A DNA stretch of 48,275 nucleotides from Emiliania huxleyi CCMP1516. Taxonomy: Eukaryota. Location: contig NW_005201381.1 in assembly GCF_000372725.1 (NCBI RefSeq), positions 36,814 to 85,088 of the forward strand, in the 5' to 3' direction. Of the stretch, positions 24,166 through 37,306 are shown piece after piece (the first letter of the stretch is position 1; every line of letters begins with the position of its first letter). Both the position numbers and the translations under genes were made by a program. The notes under the pieces are model-generated. The model did no database searches. It saw nothing but the letters and a program-made list of their open reading frames with translations, and was not told the DNA's origin.

Positions 24166-27100
24166 CCGGCTGCATCTCGTAAACGTCCTCGACGGACGCC
24201 GGCGGCTCGCCAATCAGGTGCAACGGCTCGCCCACCGCCTCTTTGACGTCGTCCATCAGTGCTTCCAACAAGCGCCCCTCATCGTGCCCGCCCTGAACAG
24301 CGCGCGGGCTGTGGGTCACGAGCAACGGCTCGCCCACCGCCTCGTTGACGTCGTCCATCAGTGCTTCCAACGAGCGCCCCTCGTCGTGCCCGCCCTGAAC
24401 AGCGCGCGGGCTGTGGGTCACGAGCTGGCGCGGTGCGGGTACTAGCAAGCGCGAGCGAGCAAGCACCGGGTGGTCGGCGGGCACGCTGTCCGAAGAGGCG
24501 ATGGCTGCAAACGAGCTGCTGGTGTCGTCGCCGCCAATCTCGCAGAAGCCGTTAAGCGATGCCGGCGCGATGGGCGTTGTGACTGCGGGAAAGGAAGTCG
24601 GGGACTCGTGCCACCGCGAGGAGAGAAGCGCGGAGGTGGCAGGGTACGAGGAGAGCGCAAACGCGGTTCCGAGGCAGAGCAGCGCGAGGATGCCAAAGAG
24701 GCGGAGCAAGTAGGAGGGGCAGAACTTGGGCCAAGAGAACCAGCCGGAGGCAGAGACGGAGCCCTCCGGCGTGGTAATCGTGGTCGTCTCGACGTTGGCC
24801 GTCGCGCCCTGAACAGGAGGGCGGGAGACTGGCGGTTGAGCGGCGAGCGGGGGAGGAGGCCGCATGTATGCAGGCGGCGAGCACCGAGTCTGTGGTCGAC
24901 GGCGTGGAGCCGCGGGGCACCTTGCCGGTGCCGCCGAGGATGCCCTCGTTGCCGTCCATTCCGATCAGGGCCCCGAACCGGTTGTTGCCGCCGACCGTGG
25001 CGATGCTCTTGGTGCGGACGATCGGGGCGGACGCGCCCTTGCGCCCCTTCTTGCGGCGCGGGTTCGACGGGGTGGTCCTGTCGGGGATGCCCTGCGCACG
25101 CGCAAGCGGTGGGTGCGTCAATAGTTGAGGCTCTGCAACTACAACCGCAGCGTGCGAGGCGCTCACCGCCGGGGCGAGCTTCTCCGCTGGCGGAGACTCC
25201 TTGGCCGAGACGGTCCAGTCGGCGTCGCCCTACGTGCAATGAAAGCGGGGTGCAAGTGAAGGAGTGGGTTGGCAGACGCGCGGCGCAGAGTGCGCGGCGC
25301 TCGCCGCTGGAAGCTCCTTGATCGACGGCAGCGGCGCGCCGCCGGCGGTGACCGGCTCGAGAGCCGGCGCGTCTTCGGTGACCGGCTTGAGAGCTTGCGC
25401 GTTTGTGGTGACGCCGGTTGGGGCCGTCTTCGGGTCGGTCGGGCGGTCGGGCCGTCTTCGGGCCTTTGCGTTGCGGCGCCACATCACCGTGCCGATGGCG
25501 CCGCAGGCGATGGCGAGGAGGATGAGCACGATTGCGGGCATGAGAAGCGGCGAGCAGCTCACGAGCGAGGACGCCGTCGAGGCGACGGCGGGCGAGAAGG
25601 CCGAGGACGCCGCGGAGGCGACGCCGGATGAGAAGTCAGAGGACGCCGCCGAGGCGACGGAGGCTGCCGAGGCGACGGCAGACGAGAAGGACGAGGCCAC
25701 CGCCATCGGGCTAGGCACGGCGGACGCGCAGTGGCCAAAGGCGGGCATGCAGACAAGGAACAGCCACCGGAAGGCGCCCTCGGCCTTCGTGTAGCCGCCC
25801 TGCACGCAGTTGGCCGCCGCCTTGAGGGCGGCGCGACCGCCGGCGCCGCATGTGCCAGCGACGGCGCCGCACGTGCCAGCGCCGGCGCCGCACGTGCCAG
25901 CGGCGAATGGCGCCTTGCCGGACGTGGTCTGCGGCTCGCGGCGCCAGTTCGGGCGGCGGCCGCGGCCGTTTGCCTTGCCAGACTTGCGCCTGCCCTTTGC
26001 CTTGCCAAACTTGGGGTTGTTGCGGCAGCGCATGGCCTTGCGCCGGCACTTCCCCGAGCGCCGCGACTGCAAGTCCGCCCACTTCTCCCGTTGCTCGGCA
26101 ATGAGATCGAGCGCGGCCTTCGCCTTCTTGAGCCGCCCCTCCCAGTGCTCGCGCTCCTTGGCGGCCTCGGCCTCAGCCTGCCCCGCGCCCGCGACCGCGC
26201 TCAGGGGCTTGGGCGCCACGGGCGCAATGCCGCCGGAGGTGGGGACTCCCGGCGACGGCGACTTCTCGCCGTCGGCGGGCGCAGCCTGGTAGCTGACGCT
26301 CTCGCCCAGCCGGCGGACTGCAGTCTCGACGCCGTCCACGTGGCCTGGTCCGGAGCCGCTGCGGGCCGACGCGGGCCCGCTCTTCCCCGCCGCCATCGGC
26401 GTGGGCAGGCCCGGGTAGCAGGTGGTGTCCTGCAAGCGCGATAGGGGCACACGGGAAGGGAGATTATTACCGTTGTATTACCGGTGGGAGAGCGAGGAGT
26501 GCCAGGAGAGAATGCTGCGGCGCGCTCACCGCTGGGTCGGGCGGGTTGGAAACGGTCTTGGCCGGCTTCTCGACCTCCTTGGCAGCCTCCTCGGCGACGG
26601 CCTCCTCGGCGACGGGCGCCTCGGCGACGGGCGCCTCCTGGGAGGCGGACACCTCGGCGGCGGCGGGCTTGATGGTTGCCTCCTCGGTGGCGGACTCCTC
26701 GGCGACGACGGGCTCCTCGGAGGCGGCCTCCTCGGCGGCGGCGGCCTCCTCCGTGGCGACGGACTTGGTGGCGGACTCCTCGGCGACGACGGGCTCCTCG
26801 GAGGCGGCCTCCTCGGCGGCGGCGGCCTCCTCGGTGGCGGCGGACTTGGTGGCGGACTCCTCGGCGGCGCACTCCTCGGCGGCGGTCTCCTCGGCGGCGG
26901 CGGACTTGGCGGCGGCCTCCTCGGTGGCGGCCTCCTCGGTGGCGGCCTCCTCCTTCACGGCCACCTTCTTGCGCGCCAGCAGCCCGCGCGAGACGCGCTG
27001 CATGATCTTCGCAGCGCGCGGCTCCGCCAACCCGATCTCGACGCTGGTCAGAAACACCGGCTTGGAGGCGTAGAAGCTGTCCTCCACGACCATTGACCGG

Positions 27101-27935
27101 TCGGCCCACTCCTGCGGGGTACACGGGAGAGAGAAATACGGGTGGGTGGAAAGCTAGGAGTGCCAGGACAAAACACTGCGGCGCGCTCACCGTTGGGTCG
27201 GGCGTGTTGGAAACGGTCTTGGCCGGCTTCTCGACCTCCTTGGCAGCCTCCTCGGCGACGGCCTCCTTGGCGACGGGCGCCTCCTCGGCGACTGCCTCCG
27301 CGGCGGCGGACACCTCGGCGGCGGCGGACTTGATGGTCGCCTCCTCGGTTGCGGCCTTCTCGGTGGCAGACTCGGCGGCGGCGGACTTGGTGGCGGACTG
27401 TGCCTCCTCGGCGACTGCCTCCGCGGTGGCGGACTCCTCGGCGGCGGCGGACTTGGCGGCGGCCTCCTCGGTGGCGAACTCCTCGGCGGCGGCGGACTTG
27501 GCGGCGGCCTCCTCGGTGGCGACCTCCTCCTTCACGACGACGTCGTTCTTGATGCCGAGCGCCTGGGTGAGGGAGAATGCGCACGTGTTCGGAGAGACCG
27601 GAGGGACGATGACGATCCTGGCGTGCAAACGCGCACCTCGGCTCCGAGCGAAGGCGGCAGCGTCAGGCTCGCGCGGCGGCGCTGATACCACTCCTCATAC
27701 TCCGCACTGGTAGCGAAGTAGCCACCGACCTTGACGGAAGCCGTTGGCCCGAGCTCGGTCTGAACCTGGGCCCCCTCCGCGAAACAAAAGCTGATTGGCA
27801 CCTTTGCGAGGCTCCGATGGAACACGTGGGGGTTGTCGAACCAGACGCCCTTTGTTGATCTCACAACCAAGAAAGCCGACTCGCCCTCGCTCTCATTGAA
27901 GTCGACCATGAAGCGCCTCTCGGCGCGCGTCCTGC
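24166..27935 (-). CDS. Upstream low-complexity exons (Ala/Glu-rich EEAAAKS repeats, basic and hydrophobic segments), possibly the 5' part of the FG-GAP/TIR gene
   Basis: Series of minus-strand open segments with GTGAGC donors and CAG/TAG acceptors. Duplicated exon ends EEAAKEVEKPAKTVSN at about 26530 and 27190. No recognisable domain. Confidence 0.45.
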
Positions 27936-28515
27936 AGAGCAGAGAGAATGGGGGCCGCCCGTGAGAGGGGTGAGGCAAGGCGCCTGCATTGGTCGGAAGT
28001 GCGAACAGCTATGCGCATGAGTGTGGGGTCTGAAATGAGAGGAGAGTGACGGGGGACAAAGCTCGGACGTTGAGCCTGCGGAGGGCGGCGCAACGAGGGA
28101 GCGGGCTAAGGTTCACGTCGGGCGAGTGTTGCAGGCGACGAGGGCCAGAGAATTCGGGCGAGTGTTGCAGGCGACGAGGGCCAGAGAATATAGAGGGCGA
28201 GGGCGAGGGCGAGGGCGGCGGGGTGTGTGTGTGTCTGGGGGGAGGGGGGGCGGAGAGGAGGCAGGAAGGGGGCGGGGGCTGCGGCGGCGGCAGTGTCGAC
28301 GGCACAGGGCGGCGAATGCATCGGTGGCGGCGGTGAAGGCTGCGGCGGCACGTTGCGCGGCGGAGGCGGCGGCACAACGGCGGCGGTGGGCCGGAAGTGG
28401 CAGCAACGAAGCGGCGGCGGGCGAATCGTCGTTCATAGCCTGGCCCACGGCGACGCGTCGTTCATTGCCTGGCCGCAGTAGTCAGGCACGCACGGCGACG
28501 CGTCGTTCATTGCCT

Positions 28516-31500
28516 AGCAGGCGCTTTCGCGTGTCGGCCGGCCGGGACGGGGGAGGTGCAGCAAGATTGGGGAGGGGTGGGGAGGGCGGCCTGCAGACAG
28601 CTAGAGCTTTGCTCGCAGAGGGCCGAACGGCGTGTCCGGAGGCACAAGAGCAGCATGTTGATGATGTACGTGATGCTGATGCTGATGCTGCTGGTGGTGG
28701 TGGTGACGATGACGATGATGACGATGATGACGATGGTGATGATGGTGATGAGGGACTCGTACCAAGCAGTCTTCTTGTCGATGACGGAGACGGCGAGGAG
28801 GAGGACGGAGAGGATGCAGGAGGAGACGCGCAGCACCGGGTCCCTGGTGATGACCAGGGTTGTGTGTGTGTGTGGGGGCTGTGGGGGGTGAAGGTAGCCG
28901 AAGGGCAGAAGGCTTGAAGGGGGGCGGCAAGGGAGGGAGGGGGGGATGGCGATCGCCTGTGCCCGGCAAAGATCAAGTCAGGCCTCAACGGGCATCGGGC
29001 CGGAGATGTGTGGAGGCAGGCGGGAAGGGCTCGCGCACGGATGCCCTGAGCAGGCGCTTTCGCGTGTCGGCCGGCCGGGACGGGGGAGGTGCAGCAAGAT
29101 TGGGGAGGGGTGGGGAGGGCGGCCTGCGGACAGCTAGAGCTTTGCTCGCAGAGGGCCGAACGGCGTGTCCGGAGGCACAAGAGCAGCATGTTGATGTACG
29201 TGATGCTGATGCTGATGCTGCTGGTGGTGGTGGTGACGATGACGATGATGACGATGGTGACGATGACGATGATGACGATGATGACGATGGTGATGATGGT
29301 GATGAGGGACTCGTACCAAGCAGTCTTCTTGTCGATGACGGAGACGGCGAGGAGGAGGACGGAGAGGATGCAGGAGGAGACGCGCAGCACCGGGTCCCTG
29401 GTGATGACCAGGGTTGTGTGTGTGTGGGTGGGCTGTGGGGGGTGAAGGTAGCCGAAGGGCAGAAGGCTTGAAGGGGGGCGGCAAGGGAGGGAGGGGGGGA
29501 TGGCGATCGCCTGTGCCCGGCAAAGATCAAGTCAGGCCTCAACGGGCATCGGGCCGGAGATGTGTGGAGGCAGGCGGGAAGGGCTCGCGCACGGCCCGGT
29601 GCTGAGCAGGCGCTTTCGCGTGTCGGCCGGCCGGGACGGGGGAGGTGCAGCAAGATTGGGGAGGGGTGGGGAGGGCGGCCTGCAGACAGCTAGAGCTTTG
29701 CTCGCAGAGGGCCGAACGGCGTGTCCGGAGGCACAAGAGCAGCATGTTGATGTTGTACGTGATGTTGATGCTGATGCTGCTGGTGGTGGTGGTGACGATG
29801 ACGATGATGACGATGATGACGATGGTGATGATGGTGATGAGGGACTCGTACCAAGCAGTCTTCTTGTCGATGACGGAGACGGCGAGGAGGAGGACGGAGA
29901 GGATGCAGGAGGAGACGCGCAGCACCGGGTCCCTGGTGATGACCAGGGTTGTGTGTGTGTGTGGGGGCTGTGGGGGGTGAAGGTAGCCGAAGGGCAGAAG
30001 GCTTGAAGGGGGGCGGCAAGGGAGGGAGGGGGGGATGGCGATCGCCTGTGCCCGGCAAAGATCAAGTCAGGCCTCAACGGGCATCGGGCCGGAGATGTGT
30101 GGAGGCAGGCGGGAAGGGCTCGCGCCCGATGCTGAGCAGGCGCTTTCGCGTGTCGGCCGGCCAGGACGGGGGAGGTGCAGCAAGATTGGGGAGGGGTGGG
30201 GAGGGCGGCCTGCAGACAGCTAGAGCTTTGCTCGCAGAGGGCCGAACGGCGTGTCCGGAGGCACAAGAGCAGCATGTTGATGATGTACGTGATGCTGATG
30301 CTGATGCTGCTGGTGGTGGTGGTGACGATGACGATGATGACGATGATGACGATGGTGATGATGGTGATGAGGGACTCGTACCAAGCAGTCTTCTTGTCGA
30401 TGACGGAGACGGCGAGGAGGAGGACGGAGAGGATGCAGGAGGAGACGCGCAGCACCGGGTCCCTGGTGATGACCAGGGTTGTGTGTGTGTGTGTGGGCTG
30501 TGGGGGGTGAAGGTAGCCGAAGGGCAGAAGGCTTGAAGGGGGGCGGCAAGGGAGGGAGGGGGGGATGGCGATCGCCTGTGCCCGGCAAAGATCAAGTCAG
30601 GCCTCAACGGGCATCGGGCCGGAGATGTGTGGAGGCAGGCGGGAAGGGAGGCGGAAGACGATCGGGGGGAGGGGGGGGGGGCTCGCGCACGGCCCGATGC
30701 TGAGCAGGCGCTTTCGCGTGTCGGCCGGCCGGGACGGGGGAGGTGCAGCAAGATTGGGGAGGGGTGGGGAGGGCGGCCTGCAGACAGCTAGAGCTTTGCT
30801 CGCAGAGGGCCGAACGGCGTGTCCGGAGGCACAAGAGCAGCATATTGATGATGTACGTGATGCTGATGCTGATGCTGCTGGTGGTGGTGGTGACGATGAC
30901 GATGATGACGATGATGACGATGACGATGATGACGATGATGACGATGGTGATGATGGTGATGAGGACTCGTACCAAGCAGTCTTCTTGTCGATGACGGAGA
31001 CGGCGAGGAGGAGGACGGAGAGGATGCAGGAGGAGACGCGCAGCACCGGGTCCCTGGTGATGACCAGGGTTGTGTGTGTGTGTGTGGGCTGTGGGGGGTG
31101 AAGGTAGCCGAAGGGCAGAAGGCTTGAAGGGGGGCGGCAAGGGAGGGAGGGGGGGATGGCGATCGCCTGTGCCCGGCAAAGATCAAGTCAGGCCTCAACG
31201 GGCATCGGGCCGGAGATGTGTGGAGGCAGGCGGGAAGGGCTCGCGCACGGCCCAATGCTGAGCAGGCGCTTTCGCGTGTCGGCCGGCCGGGACGGGGGAG
31301 GTGCAGCAAGATTGGGGAGGGGTGGGGAGGGCGGCCTGCAGACAGCTAGAGCTTTGCTCGCAGAGGGCCGAACGGCGTGTCCGGAGGCACAAGAGCAGCA
31401 TGTTGATGTACGTGATGCTGATGCTGATGCTGCTGGTGGTGGTGGTGACGATGACGATGATGACGATGGTGACGATGACGATGATGACGATGATGACGAT

Positions 31501-32100
31501 GGTGATGATGGTGATGAGGGACTCGTACCAAGCAGTCTTCTTGTCGATGACGGAGACGGCGAGGAGGAGGACGGAGAGGATGCAGGAGGAGACGCGCAGC
31601 ACCGGGTCCCTGGTGATGACCAGGGTTGTGTGTGTGTGTGTGGGCTGTGGGGGGTGAAGGTAGCCGAAGGGCAGAAGGCTTGAAGGGGGGCGGCAAGGGA
31701 GGGAGGGGGGGATGGCGATCGCCTGTGCCCGGCAAAGATCAAGCCAGGCCTCAACGGGCATCGGGCCGGAGATGTGTGGAGGCAGGCGGGAAGGGAGGCG
31801 GAAGACGATCGGGGGGAGGGGGGGGGGGCTCGCGCACGGCCCGATGCTGAGCAGGCGCTTTCGCGTGTCGGCCGGCCGGGACGGGGGAGGTGCAGCAAGA
31901 TTGGGGAGGGGTGGGGAGGGCGGCCTGCAGACAGCTAGAGCTTTGCTCGCAGAGGGCCGAACGGCGTGTCCGGAGGCACAAGAGCAGCATGTTGATGATG
32001 TACGTGATGCTGATGCTGATGCTGCTGGTGGTGGTGGTGACGATGACGATGATGACGATGATGACGATGACGATGATGACGATGATGACGATGGTGATGA
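28516..32100. repeat. Tandem array of about 6.5 units of 530-590 bp
   Basis: Unit starts AGCAGGCGCTTTCGCG at 28516, 29049, 29605, 30135, 30703, 31261 and 31850. Each unit has a variable (GAT/GAC)n tract, and the complete units a (GT)n tract. Confidence 0.97.
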
Positions 32101-33822
32101 TCATCATCGCGGCGACGTGCCGGATCGCGTCGCGGTACATGCTCTCGGCGCCTCCGACGACCGCTCCGCCACGACGGGGGGGGTGTGTGTTTGTGCTGTC
32201 GGTGGAGAGGTGTATGCTACGAGTGGAGGGGCGCAGGCGCTCACGAGCAGCGTCGATGCACCTGCGAGGGAAGGATCGGGGGAAGATATCCCGGGTAATC
32301 TCCCTCGCTGATTGCAAGAGTGCTCTCTCTGATTGCAGCACTCGCCGGGCCATCAAGAGTGCTCTCTCTGCTCGAGAGCGTCTTCGGAAGAGAAAGGGGG
32401 GCTCGGGGGGAAGGGGGGTCAAGAGGGCCGCACCTACTCACAGCGGACGCAGCTTGAGGCCCAGCACGCAAGAGGCCGCGGCGATCCCCTTCGCCCACGT
32501 TGTTTTGGATCTGCGAGCGCGCGGGCGACGGCTCGCGAGCGTCAGAGCCAAAATGGGATGCGCATGGTGCGGGCTCGTGCGCGGCAAGGGTAGGGAAGGG
32601 GCCGCAGTGGGCGCGTCTCGCGGCTCCACGATGGCAACGGCCGCAGCAGCGAGCGAAACCGGTGCGAGCGTCGTATGGCGGGAGCGGTGCGGGAGCGGCG
32701 GGTTTGCGAGCAGCAGGCGTCGCGGGGGTACTGGGCGTGCAGCTCGCGGCGCCCATTGGTGGCGTGGTGCGGCGGGGCGAGCGCGAGAGGGAGCGGAAAA
32801 ACCTGGACTCACGAACACAAAAACCTGAGCGCGAGGGGGGTTGAGTGCAGCTCCACCGACGGAGCTCTCACACGGCTCGATCTCGGTACTACTCTCTCGA
32901 GGTCTCGCTGATCTTTTCCATCAACCCCCCGACGGCGAAGGGGCAGGGGCAGCAGCATTCCTGAGATTGCGTGTCGTCGATGTTTGTGTTTCGGTCACGG
33001 ACCTAAGTGCCTCGCCTTCCTCGCAGGAGTAGCATAGGCGGCTCCGGTGGCCTCTCGAGGTTCTCGAGGTGGATATCCTTTGGCCGCGTTGGGTAGCGAG
33101 GATTGGTGTAACCCGAGCCACGGAGGCGTGTTTTCTGGCGGCCGACCGTCAGTGCACGGAGTTGCCACTTCTCCGACTGCCCCGGTTAGTTCCCGAGGTC
33201 GTCGGGTGTGACCCCTTCGTCCCCCGAGACCTAGCGCGGGTGGGTTGGAGGGGGCTCGCCCCGTTCCTCCCCATCGGGCCGCATGAGCGGCCACGCCTCG
33301 CAGATTCGTTTTTCGCGCCTGGGTCAGGCGCGCGGGGCATCCCCCGGGTCGCTCGACCAGCGATCCGAAGAGTGGCCACTATGCGAGGGACAGAGCGGGG
33401 CCCTCGGGGTACGCCTCCGTCCGGCCCCCTCCGAGGGGGGAAGGGAATTGCGGGGTCCCCACGGGCGCCTCAGTTCGGCCCTCCCGAGGGGGGGGAGGGG
33501 AGCAAGGGGGTGGGGGGATCGGGGCGGTGGGGAGGGGTCTCGGTTTCATGTGGCTAAAACTTGCCCTTTCGGGGAGGGGCTTCCGTTGGAAGGCGAGCGC
33601 GGTTGCGCGCGCCCTACGTCTTCCCCTCCTCCCTCGAGGCAGCGAGTAGGCAGCGAGTGGAGGACTCGAGCGCCTACAAATATGTCAGTGCGCGAATGGC
33701 GATGGTAGTGGTCGGTCGGGTGGGTAGGAGAGCGGGCGGGCGGGCAGGGCGGACGGGCGGGCGGGGTGGGGGAATCGCGTATCTAGCGTTGGCAGCAGCC
33801 AGCAGTAGCACAGCGGCCAGCC

Positions 33823-33829
33823 GCAGCAG

Positions 33830-33900
<71 letters not shown>

Positions 33901-33908
33901 CAGCAGCC
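33823..33908. repeat. (CAG)n microsatellite
   Basis: Visible trinucleotide run. Confidence 0.95.
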
Positions 33909-34089
33909 TCGCCTCCTGCGGTGTCTAATCTTTCAGTCTATCTAGGCGGCCGCGAGGTTAATATACCAAATAATGGTGTCAAAACACCGGGGGTTGGTTG
34001 GCGCGCAGGCGCCTGAGGGGCCTCCGCCAGGCACGCATTCGGCTCGGCGTTGACCCCTCCACACGCTCCGCTAGACACCCTCTCACACG

Positions 34090-34697
34090 TCATGAACTCC
34101 TCTGGTCACGCGCGCTCTCTCTGTTTCTCTCGCTATCGATTTGTTTGGCTCCCATCTTGGCCTTCCTCCCTCCTTTCTTCGGCTTCGATTTTGTTCCGCG
34201 CGGCCGCTTTGCTGGTGGGGCACTGCTGCTCGCCTCGTCGCCTTCCGCCATCACGGTCGGCGCCTCGTCGTCGAGCGCCTCCCCTCGCTCGCGCCGCCCG
34301 AGGACCGTCTCGCCTCCTGGAGCACTGCTGCTCGCCTCGCCTCCTGCCGCCGTCGCGGCTGCCGGGCTGATCGTGTTGGACCCCGTCTCCGCCTCGTCGA
34401 CGGCGTCGCAAATGCTCATCTCGTCCTCGTCGTCGCCGACTGGGTCGCATCGTGGGCTGTCGCCAGCGGTTGGGAGGTCCGCCTCACCCTCGAGCTGCCT
34501 CTCCATTTCTAAGTCGTCGCTGGTCGGCGCTGCCTCTTCGTCTGCTCGTAGCGCCTCCTCTCTTGCACTCGTCCGTTTCCGCTTTCTCCTCTGCTGGCGC
34601 CCGAGGTCATCTGTTCGGTCGCTCGCCCCTACCCCCTCCTCGCCCCCTCCGCTCTCTCGCCGCTCCCGCTCCTCGCTGGCCTCCAGGCGTAGATCTT
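34090..34697 (-). other. 5'-truncated charged low-complexity ORF, possible retroelement remnant
   Basis: Open frame rich in E/R/D with a basic tail AKRPRGTKSKPKKGGRK. Composition resembles the 9943-10540 remnant. No domain recognised. Confidence 0.3.
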
Positions 34698-36045
34698 AGC
34701 TAACGAAACACACGCTAGCTAAGGACAGGGTCGGACTGTGTGCTAGTCCGAGACCTACGGCCCCAGGGAAGAGAACCCTGGTGCACCTGTTCGCGGGGTT
34801 CCGCCCCACTAAGCAGGGCAACCTCTCTCGAGGCGGCTAGACTCTATCTCAAGCTCTCGCCCACCCGTGTCGAGTCGTTACACGTCCCCACGTCTCGTGC
34901 TAGCCGAGCCACCCGGCCGAGCCCAAGGCTATCCATTCGAGACGGACCTGCCCCGAGACGGCTTCGGTGGACGGCCGTGCACCGCGGGGTTCGCTCGGTA
35001 TGGCCCCGATCCCCCGCCCCTCTGGGGAGAGGTGCCTGCAAGCAGGCTGGCGGGCTCTCGTGTCCTAGGGCTTCTACCGAATTTCCGGATGTCGCCTCGC
35101 CTGGGGCACCGACTCTCTGCCCCGCGCGCCGCCAGCCGCTCCCGCCGGCCTCGCCGACCAGCCGCTCAAGGCGGCCCCGTCGGGCGGCTACGCGGTGCGG
35201 CCCCGCGGCGCAGGCATGCAGAGCGGTGGGAGGTATCCCCCAGACAGACTTGCAGCGTCCCCCCCGGTGGCCTTGTTATGAGAAGAAAATACGTCCTATG
35301 GCGCTATGCGCTGGTCTGTGAGAGGTTGAGGTGCGAGCCCTGGAGGCCCTGGGGATGGGGGGAGACTACCCGCGGGCCTAGAAGGCCCGCGCGCAGGGGG
35401 GTGGGGCATTGAGACCGGTCATGAATGAGTGCGCGACACGCATGTTGTTGCGAGCAGCGTTGTTGATGTTCTGCGCGTCGCCACAGACGGCGGCGCGCGA
35501 GAGCTGTTGCGAGTGGTGCTGGCGACGAAGCCCCGGGCGCTGCCGGAGGCTGTGCCGTAGTCGGTGCGGTCGACGGCGCTCGGGCTGCCGACCTCTCACA
35601 CTGATGCTGTCGCGCGTGCGGGGCTCGGGGGGGAGGGCTAGGGGGAGGGGGGGGGGGAGGGGGGGGGGGGGGGGGAACTTAAAAGAGGAACCAACCTTTT
35701 CCCAGGACCCCTTTTGGGGCCCCCCCCCCAGGGGGGGGGGTACCTTTTGTGAAACTGAAACGCGGAACGCGATCTGTCTCGCGTTCCTCAACGCTTGCGA
35801 TTCAGCTGTCGCGCCGCTGGATGATCTTGCTCAGCTCGCCGAGCTCGACCTGAACGGTCAGCGGCGCGACCGCTGAATCGCAGCCGTTCGTGCTACACGC
35901 ATGCTTCGTTACGTTTTCACATTACTTCCCCCCCCTCCCTACCACCCCGCCGGGCCATCGCGATCACTGATTTTTTGGATTTTTTGTCTTTTCACTTCGG
36001 CCGCCGCGCAGCACCTCCTCGCGCCCTCGGCCCCGGGCCTGGTCG

Positions 36046-37080
36046 ATGGACAAGCTCAGAGCTGCGGCAGCGAAGGCGGCGGAGGAAGCCAAGGCGGCAG
36101 GCGCACAGCATGCGGAGAAGGCCGAGGCGGAGCTCAGAGCTGCGGCAGAGAAGGCCAAGGCGGCAGGCGCACAGGCGGCGGAGACGGCCGAGGCGGAGCT
36201 CAGAGCTGCGGCCGAGAAGGCCAAGACGGCAGGCGTGCAAGCGGCGGAAAGGGCGCAGGCGGCGGGCGTTCAGATCTCGGCGAAGGCCCAAGCCGAGCTT
36301 GCCCAGGCGGCAGAAAGGGCCAAGGCGGCGGGCGCCGAGGCGGCAAGCAGTGCGCTGGAGAAGGCGGCCACCGCGAGCAAGCCGCACCTTGACCGGGCGG
36401 CGGCGGCGAGCTCTGAGGCGCTCGGCGAGGCCGCCGACTTGGCTGCATCGGCGAGCAAGCTGGCGGCCGAGCGAGCGGCGACGGCCGGCACGCACGCGGC
36501 CGCAGCCAGCAAGCTTGCGGCTGGTGCCGCGGCGGAGCAGGTCAAGAAGGCGAGCGGCGCGGCTCTCGAGCAGGCGTCGGCCCGGCGCACGGGGGCTGTG
36601 CCTTCCAGCACATGCCTTCCAGGACGTGCATGTGCAGGACATGCACGGGGCATGCCTACAGGCGTCAGCCAGGAGCACCGCCTACCTGCGGCGGCTGCGC
36701 AACCAGGCGCTGAAAGAGGCCCGGCTCCCCAATCACCTCTCTCCTCACAGCAATGGATGGACAGGTGGGGAAGAGTCTGAACGCGGTATGGGTGGCACGC
36801 TAGCGACAGAGAGACAGCCACACTGGAGCGACACACAAGACCCACAAACCAGACACTCGGCCAGCTGGGCTGCCAGGTGTTGGGTGCGATCTTCGCGGGA
36901 CTCGCCGTCTACTCCTTCGCCTCCAGCGCGCCACGGCAGATCAAGGAGTACCTGCTGGAGAGGGAGAAACTCAAGGGCGGCGGTCACTCGGGTGTCGACA
37001 CGCCGCGCCCGGGCGGGAACGAGAGCAACCCGCCGGCGGACGAGGCGGGAGGCAAGCCGTGGTGGCAGGTGTGGCGGTGA
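36046..37080 (+). CDS. Ala/Glu/Lys-rich helical-repeat protein with a C-terminal TM segment
   Basis: Exon 1 36046-36573 (LRAAAEKAKAAG repeats), exon 2 from 36662 (ASARSTAYLRRLRNQ), last exon VLGAIFAGLAVYSFASSAPRQIKEYLLE...KPWWQVWR*. Confidence 0.65.
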
Positions 37081-37306
37081 GCGGGGTGTGAGAGCATACG
37101 TCGCGACTGTAATTTGTGTAAGAGATGAGAAACAAGAAATCACGGGGAAGGGGCCACGGTCGCACAAGGGATACCTGATCTAACCCCGTATCGCCCCCCA
37201 CGTGCCCACCTGCCAACAGCCAACACCCCTCCCCGTTTCTCGGCCGGTCGTCCCCACTGACGTCGCTCTCCTCTCTCACTGTGTGGTACAGCACGTGTCT
37301 CTCGCC

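Noticed and set aside
28516..32100. CRISPR-like array or family of His/Asp/Met-rich proteins
   Set aside because: Whole units are near-identical with no unique spacers, and the homopolymer peptides are just the reading frames of the GAT/GAC microsatellite.
32835..32930. tRNA gene
   Set aside because: No GTTCRA T-loop, no D-loop GG, and the arm geometry is wrong.
35620..35750. G-quadruplex-like regulatory element
   Set aside because: Irregular homopolymer runs resemble low-quality read sequence and cannot be supported.
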